Shown: positions 20,954-30,903, counted from the whole stretch's first letter. The stretch: 63,379 bases of DNA, filler included, from Lentisphaeria bacterium (GCA_041690595.1; 5 parts of 5 records of this genome joined end to end with filler, not necessarily neighbours in it), one strand, 5' to 3'. The notes: a model not told the origin generated them from the sequence alone. Numbers and translations: made by a program.

Positions 20954-21808
20954 TCAGCCAAGCTCGAAGCTGGTGACGCCGAAGAGGCGGTCGAGCGGCA
21001 GCTCCGGCGCTTTGCCCGCATACATGCGCGCCGTCTCGAAGACGATGCTCATCCCATGGCGCTTCGCCAGATCCACCGCTTCGGGATTGACCGCCGGCAC
21101 ATCCAGAAAGAGCGGATCGGCCGGTGTGATCTGGGCGCGCAAAACCCCAAAGAGCGCGTCAGCCCACTCGGGCCGCTCCGCAAAAAGCGGCCCAATCTTG
21201 TAGCCCGAGCGACATGGACGCAGAAGACCGTAACCCACAAGGCGCCCATCCTTCACGTATCCCAGGGCGGTCGCCCGCGGTTGCGCGATCCAGCACGCCA
21301 GGAAGGCGGTGCGGTCGTCTGGAAAGAAGCTCTTGTCATAACTCTGAATCTCCGCAAAAGAGAGGCTGGAGAGAGGCACAATCTCCGCGCCATCGGCAAC
21401 GCCGCCGCCCCCGCGCCCCTCATAGCGGCAATTGCGATACGCCAGCGAGAAGCCCGACTTCCGGTAATTCTCCTGCTGCGCCACCACCCCATCCAGCCCG
21501 ATCGTGCGACCGGCAAGCCGGGCCATGCCCGCATTCCAGATGCGCAGACCATACCCACGCCCGCGATACTCGGGACGCACGATGTAAAAGCCAAGAAAGC
21601 CGAAGGAAGCCCCGTAGCGCACGACCGAGATGGCCGCCACCGGCTTCTCCCCAAGCAAGCCAACCAGAAAGCCCCCAGGATCGGCCGCATGGAAGCACGC
21701 CGCATCGTCCAGCCCCGGATTCCAACCTTCCGCGGCCGCCCATTCAACGGCCAGATCGACCTCCGGCCGAGTCATCGTCCTGATCGCGTAATCGTCCATG
21801 TCATCCAC
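20954..21808 (-). CDS. GNAT acetyltransferase (YitH-like tandem domains)
   Basis: 'WAAAEGWNPG', 'VRPEYRGRGYG', 'KIGPLFA', 'FETARMY', 'GVTSFELG'. Confidence 0.9.
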   Translation of the reverse strand: MDDMDDYAIRTMTRPEVDLAVEWAAAEGWNPGLDDAACFHAADPGGFLVGLLGEKPVAAISVVRYGASFGFLGFYIVRPEYRGRGYGLRIWNAGMARLAGRTIGLDGVVAQQENYRKSGFSLAYRNCRYEGRGGGGVADGAEIVPLSSLSFAEIQSYDKSFFPDDRTAFLACWIAQPRATALGYVKDGRLVGYGLLRPCRSGYKIGPLFAERPEWADALFGVLRAQITPADPLFLDVPAVNPEAVDLAKRHGMSIVFETARMYAGKAPELPLDRLFGVTSFELG

Positions 21809-21846
21809 CGATACTTCAACCTCTCCTGATTCTGCCTGCTTCTCTA

Positions 21847-21875
21847 TCTATATCGACGCATAACCGGATTGTCAA
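21847..21875 (-). promoter_or_regulatory. Sigma70-like promoter for the GNAT gene
   Basis: TTGACA-17 bp-TATAGA on the minus strand. Confidence 0.55.
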
Positions 21876-21950
21876 GCAAGTGACGCCCGCCCCCGCGCCC
21901 CGCCCAAATGATCCTCCACTGCAGGCACCAGGCAACGTCCAACGCCGGGG

Positions 21951-22189
21951 CCGTCCATACCGTCTCCATACCGTCGTCCATACCGTGCATACCGTCCATA
22001 CCGTCCATACCGTGCATACCGTGCATACCGTCCATACCGTGCATACCGTGCATACCGTCCATACCGTGCATACCGTGCATACCGTCCATACCGTGCATAC
22101 CGTCCATACCGTCCATACCGTCCATACCGTCCATACCGTCCATACCGTGCATACCGTCCATACCGTGCATACCGTCCATACCGTCCATT
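21951..22189. repeat. Tandem 9-bp repeat CCGT(C/G)CATA: 23 regular units plus 3 offset or degenerate units
   Basis: Counted directly; lies between the divergent GNAT and MBL genes. Confidence 0.97.
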
Positions 22190-22283
22190 GCCCCCATCCT
22201 GGGAACACGTTTGCCAGCGCCCCCTCCGCCGGGGGTAAAGTATTGCATCGGAAATCACCTGCAACCACCCATTGACCGGCGAT

Positions 22284-23009
22284 ATGAAACTCACCTTTCT
22301 GGGCACCCGCGGCTTCGAGGACCGCGCCTCCAAACGGCACAGACTGCATGCATCCCTGCTTGTCGCCTATCGCCGCAAGCGGGTGCTGATCGACTGCGGC
22401 AGCGACTGGCTCGACCACGCGTGCCGCCTCAAGGTCCATGCCCTCTTGCTCACCCACACCCACCCGGATCACGCCTGGGGTCTCGCCAAAGGTTCGCCTG
22501 CCCCAGTCTATGCCACCAGAGAAGCGCTCCAGCAGCTGCGCGACTATCCCCTCGATGACTCTCGCCCCATCACCCCTCGCAAAGCCTTCCATCTCCATGA
22601 CCTGCGCATCGAAGCCTTTACCGTGGAGCATGACGAGAGCATCGACGCGGTAGGCTATCGCATCACCGCGGGCAGGATCACCATCTTCTATGTGCCGGAT
22701 GTCGTCTACATTCATGAACCGCACGACGCCCTGACAGGAGTCCATCTCTATATCGGCGATGGCGCGGCCATCCACACTTCGTACGTGAATCGCCTTGACG
22801 ATTCGACACTCACCGGCCATTCCCCCGTCGCTACCCAACTGCTCTGGTGCGCCAGAGAGGGCGTGCCGCGCGCCATCTTCACCCACTGCGGGCAGGAGGT
22901 GATCGACGGCGACGAACGCCAGTTGCGCCCATGGCTCCAACGAGTCGGCCGACAGCTCGGCATCCAGGCCGAGATCGCCCACGACGGCATGCATCTGGTG
23001 CTGCGATGA
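22284..23009 (+). CDS. MBL-fold metallo-hydrolase
   Basis: LTFLGTRG, LIDCG, THTHPDH, VEH, GH, FTH motifs. Confidence 0.85.
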   Translation: MKLTFLGTRGFEDRASKRHRLHASLLVAYRRKRVLIDCGSDWLDHACRLKVHALLLTHTHPDHAWGLAKGSPAPVYATREALQQLRDYPLDDSRPITPRKAFHLHDLRIEAFTVEHDESIDAVGYRITAGRITIFYVPDVVYIHEPHDALTGVHLYIGDGAAIHTSYVNRLDDSTLTGHSPVATQLLWCAREGVPRAIFTHCGQEVIDGDERQLRPWLQRVGRQLGIQAEIAHDGMHLVLR

Positions 23010-23176
23010 CCGCTCCAGCCTCCAGCCAACCTGAAGCCCCCAACGCCGCGCCAGACATCTTCCACAATCTTGTATTGTGCGGGTCGCTTTTCTGCGTCAT
23101 CTTGCTATTTGTATGCAGGCGTCACCTGCAGTTATCGGAGATCGACCCGGCCAACGTACGGAAAAGGGCTACATGA
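23006..23176 (+). CDS. Putative 56-aa membrane peptide
   Basis: ATGA overlaps with both flanking genes; hydrophobic stretch LVLCGSLFCVILLFVC. Confidence 0.3.
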   Translation: MTAPASSQPEAPNAAPDIFHNLVLCGSLFCVILLFVCRRHLQLSEIDPANVRKRAT

Positions 23177-25032
23177 AGGGAGCCATCAATCCTGGCGGCA
23201 ATGCGGAGCAACTCGACATCGAGTGGTGCATTCGCACGCCCGAGCATCACACCTTCACCTGTCGTCCGGCGGGGCCACTGCCGCGCGCCATTGCGTGGAT
23301 GCTGGATCTGATGGTCCGGGCCATCATCGTGGTGGTTCTGGCGGCGGCGTTCAGCCTCATGGGGCAGGTGGGCCTGGGCTTCATCCTGATCACCTCCTTC
23401 ATCGTCATCTGGTTCTATGGCGCCCTCTTCGAAGCCTGGAACAAGGGGCGTACGCCCGGAAAAATAGCCATGCGCCTGCGCGTCATCGGCCAGGACGGCA
23501 GCCCCGCCACCGGCCCGAGCTGCATCATCCGCAACTTCCTCATCCTCGCCGACTTCCTCCCCGCCGGATTCTTCACCGGCATGATCTCCATGCTCTCGAC
23601 CAAAGGCTTTCGGCGCCTCGGTGATCTTGCCGCCGGAACACTCGTCATCTACGAAGAGAGCTTCACCGCCCAAAACGTCTCCCCAGTGCTCGAACACGAG
23701 GTGATGCAAACGGCCCTGCTGCTGCCGCGGGGACTCCCGCTGCGCCTGCCCCTCCCCGCCCAACGCGCCCTCACCGCCTACGTGGCGAAGCGCAACCGCT
23801 TTCATCCCAGTCGCCGCAACGAGCTGGCCCAACCGCTCGCCGGCAGCCTGGCCCTGTACCTCGATCAACCTCAGGAGGTGCAGCAGAATCCGGATACCTT
23901 CATCTGCGCCGTGCAGCTCTGCGCCTGCTATCCCGGCTTCGACATCGAAACCGCCCTTGCCCACTTCACCGATTCCCGCGTCTATGACGGCAACGAAAAG
24001 AAACCCGGCCCCGATGCATGGCGGGGCTACATGAGCACACGCAAGCAGAACGAAGCTTTCGGCGAGGAAGGTTTCAGCCCCGTCAACAGCCCGAAGCGCT
24101 GGAAGGAATTGGAAATGCTGCTCTCACAACGGATCGATATCACTCCGCCTCAGGCCAGTGAACTTTCCAGGCTGACCCGCGCCGTCGGGGCCGATCTGGC
24201 GCTCGCGGACGCCAACCACCTCCCGGAATCCGCCACGGCGTACCTGCAGGACCTCGTCGCCCGGGCCCACCTGCACCTCTATCACGGCAGCGCCAACTGG
24301 CTCCGCCGAATCGTCCACATGGTCGTCGTGCATACCCCACGCATGCTCTATCGCGACGGCTGCCTGCGGCTCGCCGTCACCACCTTCTTCGGCATCTTCA
24401 TGCTCTGCATGATCGGCGGCATCCTCCGCCCGGGACTCGCTGAAGACGTCCTCGGACGGGCCATGATCGACCAGATGGAGACTATGTACGCCAGCGCGCC
24501 CCGAGACCGCGACGCGGAGACCGCCAGCCTCATGACCGGCTACTACATCTCCCACAACGTCGGCATCGCCTTCGCCTGCTTCGCGACCGGGATCTTCCTC
24601 GGCCTGGGCAGTCTCGTCATGCTCGCCTACAACGGCCTGGTCCTCGGCCTGATTTTCGGCCACATGTACACCGTCAACGCCCCCATCAACACGCATTTCT
24701 TCGAATTTGTCACAGCCCATGCGCCATTCGAGCTCATGGGCATCGCCATGGCCGGAGCAGCGGGCCTGCGCATGGGTTGGGGAATCGTGTGGACGGAGGG
24801 CCGCACGCGTCTGGCCTCCCTGCGCCGCAGCGCCGCCGACGCGGTGCCAATCGTCAGCAGCGCAGGCGTGCTGATCGGCCTGGCAGCCTACATCGAGGCC
24901 TTCGTCAGCCCATCGGGCCTGCCACATGCGGCAAAAGCGGCCGTGGCGATCGGCTGCACACTGCTCCTGATAGGTTACCTGGGCGGTCTCGGGTACCTCC
25001 AGACGCGCCGCCGCGGGAGGATACCCCAGTGA
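23173..25032 (+). CDS. RDD-domain / stage II sporulation protein M (SpoIIM)-like fusion
   Basis: N-terminal 'TPE...RAIAWMLD...FE...GRTPGK...RRLGDLAAGT' (RDD); C-terminal 'HNVGIAF...NG...HAPFEL...IEAFVSP' (SpoIIM-like). Confidence 0.85.
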   Translation: MKGAINPGGNAEQLDIEWCIRTPEHHTFTCRPAGPLPRAIAWMLDLMVRAIIVVVLAAAFSLMGQVGLGFILITSFIVIWFYGALFEAWNKGRTPGKIAMRLRVIGQDGSPATGPSCIIRNFLILADFLPAGFFTGMISMLSTKGFRRLGDLAAGTLVIYEESFTAQNVSPVLEHEVMQTALLLPRGLPLRLPLPAQRALTAYVAKRNRFHPSRRNELAQPLAGSLALYLDQPQEVQQNPDTFICAVQLCACYPGFDIETALAHFTDSRVYDGNEKKPGPDAWRGYMSTRKQNEAFGEEGFSPVNSPKRWKELEMLLSQRIDITPPQASELSRLTRAVGADLALADANHLPESATAYLQDLVARAHLHLYHGSANWLRRIVHMVVVHTPRMLYRDGCLRLAVTTFFGIFMLCMIGGILRPGLAEDVLGRAMIDQMETMYASAPRDRDAETASLMTGYYISHNVGIAFACFATGIFLGLGSLVMLAYNGLVLGLIFGHMYTVNAPINTHFFEFVTAHAPFELMGIAMAGAAGLRMGWGIVWTEGRTRLASLRRSAADAVPIVSSAGVLIGLAAYIEAFVSPSGLPHAAKAAVAIGCTLLLIGYLGGLGYLQTRRRGRIPQ

Positions 25033-25808
25033 GAAACCTCATCGTGCCGCGCGAGCGCAAGCCCCTTGAATGCTTCGATCTGGCGATTCTCCTCTGCCGG
25101 CGGTATTGGCGCCAGCTTCTGATCGCGAGCCTGCCCGGACTCATCGTGCTCCTTGCCATCAATCTTAACATGAGAACCATGCGGCACGAAGAGCCCGCCA
25201 TGGTCGCCGGCATCTTCCTGGCGCTGGTTGTCCTGTTCAATCCATTCCTGAGCACCCCCGTCACCTGGGTCCTCGGCCAGCTCATCTTTCGCCGACCCGT
25301 CGGCGTCGGTCTCTTCCTGCACAGCCTGCGGCGATCCCTTGCGTCTCTCTTCTGGCTGGGCTTTGTCATGCGCGCGCTCTACCTCCTGCTCCTGCTCACC
25401 TTCGTCTTCTACCCGAACTACGTGATCGAAGTGGCGATCCTCGAGCAGCAGTCGTTGAACGATTCACGGCGGCGCGTGGCAAATCTTCGCCGCGTCTCGG
25501 CGATGGCCCAATCCAACTGGTACTTCCTCTTCAGCCTGGTGGCGCTCCTCTTCATCTTCCTCTCCACCTGGGCCGTCGCCGAGATCTGGCAGATGATGCG
25601 GTACCAGGTGGTCTTCCAGGGCGGCTTCCTCTCCCTGCTCAATCCCGCCCATCACCTCTGGCCGGCCCTGCTCTACTGGCCGGTGGGTGTCTACCTTTCC
25701 GCGGTTCGCTTTCTTGGCTACCTCGACCTGCGAACGCGCGTCGAGGGTTGGGCGGTCGAACAGCAGTTCCGAACGCTGGCCACGGAGCTTGCCCATGCCC
25801 CTCACTGA
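25029..25808 (+). CDS. Membrane protein of the MoxR/DUF58 cluster
   Basis: GTGA overlap; multiple TMs; C-terminal 'YLDLRTRVEGW' typical of this cluster. Confidence 0.75.
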   Translation: MRNLIVPRERKPLECFDLAILLCRRYWRQLLIASLPGLIVLLAINLNMRTMRHEEPAMVAGIFLALVVLFNPFLSTPVTWVLGQLIFRRPVGVGLFLHSLRRSLASLFWLGFVMRALYLLLLLTFVFYPNYVIEVAILEQQSLNDSRRRVANLRRVSAMAQSNWYFLFSLVALLFIFLSTWAVAEIWQMMRYQVVFQGGFLSLLNPAHHLWPALLYWPVGVYLSAVRFLGYLDLRTRVEGWAVEQQFRTLATELAHAPH

Positions 25809-27723
25809 ACGCCTCGCAAGGCTCCTCATCATCCTCCTCCTTGGCCTCGCCGCCACGGCAAGCCGCTGCCACGCCCAGGGCCAGGACGATACGGTAGTCG
25901 TGGAAGCGCTCCAGAAAGTCGCACCCCCCTGGTACGACCCACAGGCGGATGACTGGCGCCGCCTCAAACCACCGGAACGCCCGCCGGCTCCGCCGAAGTC
26001 AACCGGCACCTCCTTTTACCTCGGGCCGCTGGCCGCCGGCGCCATGTGGATCCTCCTCGGACTCGTCGTCGGGCTCCTTGCCTTTGGCATCTATACCTCC
26101 CTCACCCGGCGCGAGAACACCGCCGAGGAGGTGAGACCTTCCGGTACGTCGCCCGCTCCCTCTGTGCGCCACCTTCCCATGGGACTCGGCCGCACTCAGC
26201 AGGATCCCGAGACCGCCCTCCGCGAGGCGAGGCAGCGCAACGACTGGCCGGCAGTCTGCCTCTGGGCGTATGCCGCCGCCCTGCTCCGGCTGGATGCCGC
26301 CGATCGCATCCGCTTGCGCGCCGGCATGACCAATCGCGCCTGTCTGCGCTCACTCCAGGAGCAGAAGGAGCTTTTCCGCGAGCTGATGGAGCTTTGCGAA
26401 AGCGTCCACTTCGGCCGCTACCCCGCCGACAGTCACGATGCGGAACGGGCCCTCGATCATCTGGAGTCGCTCAGCCGGCCACGCCGGCAATCCGGTGGCG
26501 GCGGCGTGGCGGCAAAGGCTGTCGCCCTGCTGCTCTGTCTGGCGCTGGTTCACGTCGCCGGGTGCCGCAAAGGGCTCGAAACCAGCTACGGCACCACCAG
26601 AGAGCGCAGCATCAACGGCATCTCCGTCATTCAGCAAATCGCCATAGAGAGCCTTCACGCAACCCTCAACTCCGGTCTCGGCGAGCACCTCGACGAGAAG
26701 GACGGCATCGTCCATGTCAGCTTGCAGCCCGGCCTGCCCGACGACGATCAGGCCGCCTATATCAGCGACTGGCTGACCAACGCCGATGGGCGCACCTGCG
26801 TCCTCATCCTGCGCGGCGACAGCGTCACGCCCCCCCTCTGTACCCGCTGGGGAGACCAGGCCAGCGCCATCGCCTCCGAGCGCGCCGGCACCTCCCGCGA
26901 AAAGGAGCTGCGCCACGCGGCGGAGACCTTCTACACAATCGCCCACCTCGCGCGTCAGGAAGAGATGCGCTACACCGCGGCCGAGTCCTACAGTTGGTAT
27001 CTCGATCTCTACCTCAATCCCGCGAAACCGACCAGCCAGGGCCGGCTGCAAGGGAGCGAGCGTCTCCCCCTCCCGCCCGGTTTCGCCGTCACCGGCCATG
27101 CCTCTAATGCCTTCGACATGGATGACGAGAGCTGGGAGGTCCTCGCCACGCTCGACGAACGCCCCCTCATCATCGAGCGCCCCTTTGGTGAAAGTCGCCT
27201 GATCGTGGTCCTCAACTCCACCCTATTCCTCGATGGCGCCATGCCCGACCCTGTCGCCCGGCAGCTCCTGCTCGCCTTCACCGAGTACCTCCGGCGCCAG
27301 ACGCCGACCGACTGGGTCATGCTCTCCTCGCTCCGCCGGTGGGATGGCGAGATCAGCCATCCGAACATGCTCGACCTGCTCTTCCGCCGCCCCCCCTTCA
27401 ACCTCATCTTCATTCACCTCCTGCTGATCGGCATCGCCTTTGCGGGGAGCCGCGCCCTATGGCTTGGGCGCCGCATCGATCCCGACTTCGATCCCCATCC
27501 CCCCTTCAGCCGCCACATCACCGCCTTTGCCACCTGGCTCAAGCGCTGCCGCGGCCACCGCTTCGCCCTCAAGCAGCTCGCCACGCTCCTCGACACCCGC
27601 CCCCCCGAGGGAAGCCTCTCCGAAGAGGAGGCCCTCGCCGCCGCAAGGTCGATGCTCAGCGAAGCATATAACAAGCGACCACCAACCAAACCATTGACGC
27701 CACGCCGACATTCCGGCGACTGA
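25795..27723 (+). CDS. DUF4129-like + DUF4350-like fusion membrane protein
   Basis: 'PWYD', 'GMTNR...VHFGR' (DUF4129-like), then lipobox VAGC, 'YG...SING..V' and 'FSRHITA' (DUF4350-like). Confidence 0.7.
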   Translation: MPLTERLARLLIILLLGLAATASRCHAQGQDDTVVVEALQKVAPPWYDPQADDWRRLKPPERPPAPPKSTGTSFYLGPLAAGAMWILLGLVVGLLAFGIYTSLTRRENTAEEVRPSGTSPAPSVRHLPMGLGRTQQDPETALREARQRNDWPAVCLWAYAAALLRLDAADRIRLRAGMTNRACLRSLQEQKELFRELMELCESVHFGRYPADSHDAERALDHLESLSRPRRQSGGGGVAAKAVALLLCLALVHVAGCRKGLETSYGTTRERSINGISVIQQIAIESLHATLNSGLGEHLDEKDGIVHVSLQPGLPDDDQAAYISDWLTNADGRTCVLILRGDSVTPPLCTRWGDQASAIASERAGTSREKELRHAAETFYTIAHLARQEEMRYTAAESYSWYLDLYLNPAKPTSQGRLQGSERLPLPPGFAVTGHASNAFDMDDESWEVLATLDERPLIIERPFGESRLIVVLNSTLFLDGAMPDPVARQLLLAFTEYLRRQTPTDWVMLSSLRRWDGEISHPNMLDLLFRRPPFNLIFIHLLLIGIAFAGSRALWLGRRIDPDFDPHPPFSRHITAFATWLKRCRGHRFALKQLATLLDTRPPEGSLSEEEALAAARSMLSEAYNKRPPTKPLTPRRHSGD

Positions 27724-27764
27724 ACCCCATCTCCTCCTCCTCCCACAACCAAGGACAATGCCCC

Positions 27765-28781
27765 ATGGATCAGATCCACGACAAAGCCGAACTTCTCGAA
27801 CAGATTCAGATATCGCGAGACCTCCTCGCGGAGGTCCGCGAGCAGTTGGCACACGTCTTCATCGGCCAGCAGGAACTGGTGCACCAGGTCTTGTGCGCCC
27901 TGATCGCCGATGGCCATATCCTCGTGGAGAGCCTGCCGGGACTGGGCAAGACGCTCCTCGTCAAGACCCTCGGCAAGCTGCTCGGCCTGGAGTACCGGCG
28001 TATCCAGTTCACCCCCGATCTGATGCCCACCGATATCACCGGCAGCCACATCTTCAACATGGCCGAGAAGCAGTTCGAGTTTCAGCCGGGCCCCATCTTC
28101 ACCCAGTTCCTCCTCGCCGACGAACTCAACCGCTCCCCCGCCAAGACCCACGCCGCCCTCCTCGAAGCCATGGGCGAACGGCAGGTGACCCTCGACAACC
28201 ACAGCTATCCCCTCCGCCCTCCCTTCCTCGTGATGGCCACCCAGAACCCCATCGAGTCCGAAGGGACCTACAACCTTCCCGAAGCCGCCCTCGACCGCTT
28301 CCTGGTCAAGGTCGTTATCGACTATCCACACGAAAAGGAGGAGCACAACATCCTCCGCCTCTACCTCAACAACCAGTACATCGAAGAGCGCATCGAACAT
28401 GAAGTCGAGACCGTGCTGACCGCCAAGAACCTCCTTGCCATCCAGCGGCTCGCCTGCCAGATTCATGTCGAAGAGTCGATCATCAGCTACATCACCTCCA
28501 TCGTCCGCGCCACCCGCCACAACTCCTACCTCTATCTCGGCGCCAGCCCACGCGCCAGCGTCGCGCTGCTCAAGATCGCCCGCGCGGCCGCCCTCCTTGC
28601 CGGACGCGCCTATCTCGTTCCCGATGATGTCGCCGAAAATGTCCTGGCCATCCTGCGCCACCGGGTCATCCTCGCCCCCGAAGCCGAGATCGAAGGGCGC
28701 AACGTCGACGACGTCCTCAAGGAAAGCCTTGCCGGCGTCCCGGTCCCCCGCCCCACCAACGAGCCCGCCGCCCTCAGCTGA
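27765..28781 (+). CDS. moxR: MoxR-family AAA+ ATPase
   Basis: PGLGKT, RIQFTPDLMPTD, LADELNR, ATQNPIE, LPEAALDRF, GASPR. Confidence 0.95.
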   Translation: MDQIHDKAELLEQIQISRDLLAEVREQLAHVFIGQQELVHQVLCALIADGHILVESLPGLGKTLLVKTLGKLLGLEYRRIQFTPDLMPTDITGSHIFNMAEKQFEFQPGPIFTQFLLADELNRSPAKTHAALLEAMGERQVTLDNHSYPLRPPFLVMATQNPIESEGTYNLPEAALDRFLVKVVIDYPHEKEEHNILRLYLNNQYIEERIEHEVETVLTAKNLLAIQRLACQIHVEESIISYITSIVRATRHNSYLYLGASPRASVALLKIARAAALLAGRAYLVPDDVAENVLAILRHRVILAPEAEIEGRNVDDVLKESLAGVPVPRPTNEPAALS

Positions 28782-28789
28782 GCCTGTAC

Positions 28790-30112
28790 ATGCCGCATCC
28801 CACCTCTCGACTGATCCTCCTGCTCTGCCTCCCGGCACTCGTCTCGTTGATCGGTTTCGGCACCAACCTCCTCCCGCTCATCCTTATCATCGACGGGATC
28901 TGCCTCGCGATCCTGCTGGTCGATGCGCTGGCGGCACGACGCGCCATCGTCGCCATCGAGCTGCACCTTCGCTGCCCGCGCACCTGGTCCCTCAACCGTG
29001 GCGATCCCGTCACCGCCGAGGTCATACCCAACCGCGCCGCCGGCCGCATGCTCCGCCTCGCCCTCGACCTTCCGCCCGAGCTGGTGCCGCGGCAAGCGGA
29101 AGCGCGCCTCGATCCCCTCCCCCCACACCGCGTTGACGTCGAGTGGCAGATCACCCCCCGCCAACGGGGCTCCCACCAGATTCCCGGCATTCACCTGGCG
29201 CTCCGCAGCCGCGCCGGCTTCTGGCTGCTGCACCGCCAGGTCCCAGCCCCGGTCACCCTCCAGGTCTACCCCAACCTGCGCCAGCTCGCCGAATACGAGC
29301 TGCTCGCCCGCACCAACCGCCTCAACCTCATCGGCATCCGCCGCACCCCACGCCTCGGCGGTGAAAACGAGTTCGACTCCCTGCGCGACTACCGCGTCGG
29401 CGACTCCCTCAAGGTGATCGACTGGAAAGCCACCGCCAGGCGCCACGCGCTCACCTCCCGCGACTTCACCATCTCCCAGGCCCAGAACCTCATGATCATG
29501 ATCGATGCCGGCCGCATGATGGGAGCGCAGCTCGGCGACGAACTGCACGGCACCCTCCTCGACGGCGCCATCAATTCCGCCCTCATGCTCGCCCACGTCG
29601 CCCGCCGCCAGGGGGATCTGGTCGGCATCATCGTTTACGACCGCGCCGTCATCCGCTTTCTGCCGCCGGCCTCCAATCCGCGCCAGATCAACCGCATCGT
29701 CCACGCCCTGCACGACGTCCACGTCGCCCCTTGGGAAAGCCGCCACGATCTCGCCTTTCTCCACCTCTCCCGCCACTGCCACAAGCGCTCCCTCCTGATC
29801 CAGCTCACCCATGTTCTGGATCAGGTCAACACCGATGCGCTGGTGCACCAGCTCAGCCTCCTCGCCCATCGCCACCTCCCCCTCGCCGTCCTCTTCCGCG
29901 ATCCCGACTGCCATCAGCCCCTCGCCGCTCCCCCCGCCACCACCGACGATTTCTATCGCGCCGCCGCCGCCGCCGCCATTCTCAACGGCCGCAATCAGGC
30001 CATCGACCGCCTCCGCACCGCCGGCGTCCTCACCCTCGACTGCCATCCACGCGACCTTACCTCCGGCCTCATTTCCCGATACCTCCACATCAAAGCCCAG
30101 AACATGCTCTAA
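28790..30112 (+). CDS. DUF58 domain protein (vWA-like MoxR partner)
   Basis: 'VYPN', 'EFDSLRDYRVGD...IDWKATAR', 'IDAGRMM'. Confidence 0.9.
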   Translation: MPHPTSRLILLLCLPALVSLIGFGTNLLPLILIIDGICLAILLVDALAARRAIVAIELHLRCPRTWSLNRGDPVTAEVIPNRAAGRMLRLALDLPPELVPRQAEARLDPLPPHRVDVEWQITPRQRGSHQIPGIHLALRSRAGFWLLHRQVPAPVTLQVYPNLRQLAEYELLARTNRLNLIGIRRTPRLGGENEFDSLRDYRVGDSLKVIDWKATARRHALTSRDFTISQAQNLMIMIDAGRMMGAQLGDELHGTLLDGAINSALMLAHVARRQGDLVGIIVYDRAVIRFLPPASNPRQINRIVHALHDVHVAPWESRHDLAFLHLSRHCHKRSLLIQLTHVLDQVNTDALVHQLSLLAHRHLPLAVLFRDPDCHQPLAAPPATTDDFYRAAAAAAILNGRNQAIDRLRTAGVLTLDCHPRDLTSGLISRYLHIKAQNML

Positions 30113-30122
30113 GGAGCTCAGG

Positions 30123-30740
30123 ATGTCTGTCGAACCCGCCCCTCCCCCACCTGCCACCGACGAAAATCCCTTTGCCGCCCCCGCCACCGGAAAACTCGCC
30201 TTTGCCGATGCCAACCTCGCCGACGCCGACGACTTCGACCTCATCCGGCTCCAGTGCATCCGCAAGGAAAAGAACATCACATGCATATCCTGGGCCATGC
30301 TGCCGAGTGGCCTCTTCACCGCCCTCCTCGGCTTTCTCCTCTACGCCTACATTCCCCCGAATGGACTGGTTCTGATTGCCTGCCTCGTGATCATTGCCCT
30401 TGGCCTCTGCCAGGCCTTTGGCGGCTTCATCACCAAGGACCTCGAACCCCGCGGACGTTCCATTTTGGTCGGCTGCCTCGGCGTCAGCGGACTCCTCTCC
30501 CTGCTCTCCGTAAATCCACTGAACTTACTCTTCTTTTTTATCGTCCTCGCCATGATGTACCGCAAACCCGCCGACATCGTCTTCAGCGATCGCTACCGCG
30601 ACGAGATCATACCCGCGACCCCACACATTCGCGGCCGCGCCTCGATCCTCATCTGGCTCATCGCCATCACGATGGCGATCATCCCCCTGATGGTCATCGC
30701 CCTCTTCCTCTTCGCCTTCCTCAGCGCCCCCGCGCATTAA
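30123..30740 (+). CDS. Hypothetical membrane protein
   Basis: AAGGAG RBS; 'ENPFAAP' N-terminus; 4-5 TMs; 'VFSDRY...IPATPHI'. Confidence 0.75.
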   Translation: MSVEPAPPPPATDENPFAAPATGKLAFADANLADADDFDLIRLQCIRKEKNITCISWAMLPSGLFTALLGFLLYAYIPPNGLVLIACLVIIALGLCQAFGGFITKDLEPRGRSILVGCLGVSGLLSLLSVNPLNLLFFFIVLAMMYRKPADIVFSDRYRDEIIPATPHIRGRASILIWLIAITMAIIPLMVIALFLFAFLSAPAH

Positions 30741-30826
30741 CGCCACCATTCTCCACAAATTCTCACGCCCGCCCCTTGCAATTTTCCCTCCCTGCCCCAC
30801 ATTAATCCATCTTCGACCATTCAAAT

Positions 30827-30903
30827 GGGCGTTTAGCTCAGCTGGCTAGAGCGCATGCTTCACACGCATGAGGTCACAGGTTCAAGTCCTGTAACGCCCA
30901 CCA
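30827..30903 (+). tRNA. tRNA-Val (anticodon CAC)
   Basis: Cloverleaf GGGCGTT...AACGCCC-ACCA; anticodon arm CATGC-TTCACAC-GCATG; T arm GTTCAAGT. Confidence 0.97.

Noticed and set aside
21844..22558. Proteins encoded by the 9-bp array (TVH, PSI/PCI, YGR/YAR, MDG/MHG repeats)
   Set aside because: All six frames are open only because the 9-mer has no stop codon; no convincing RBS; not called as CDS.
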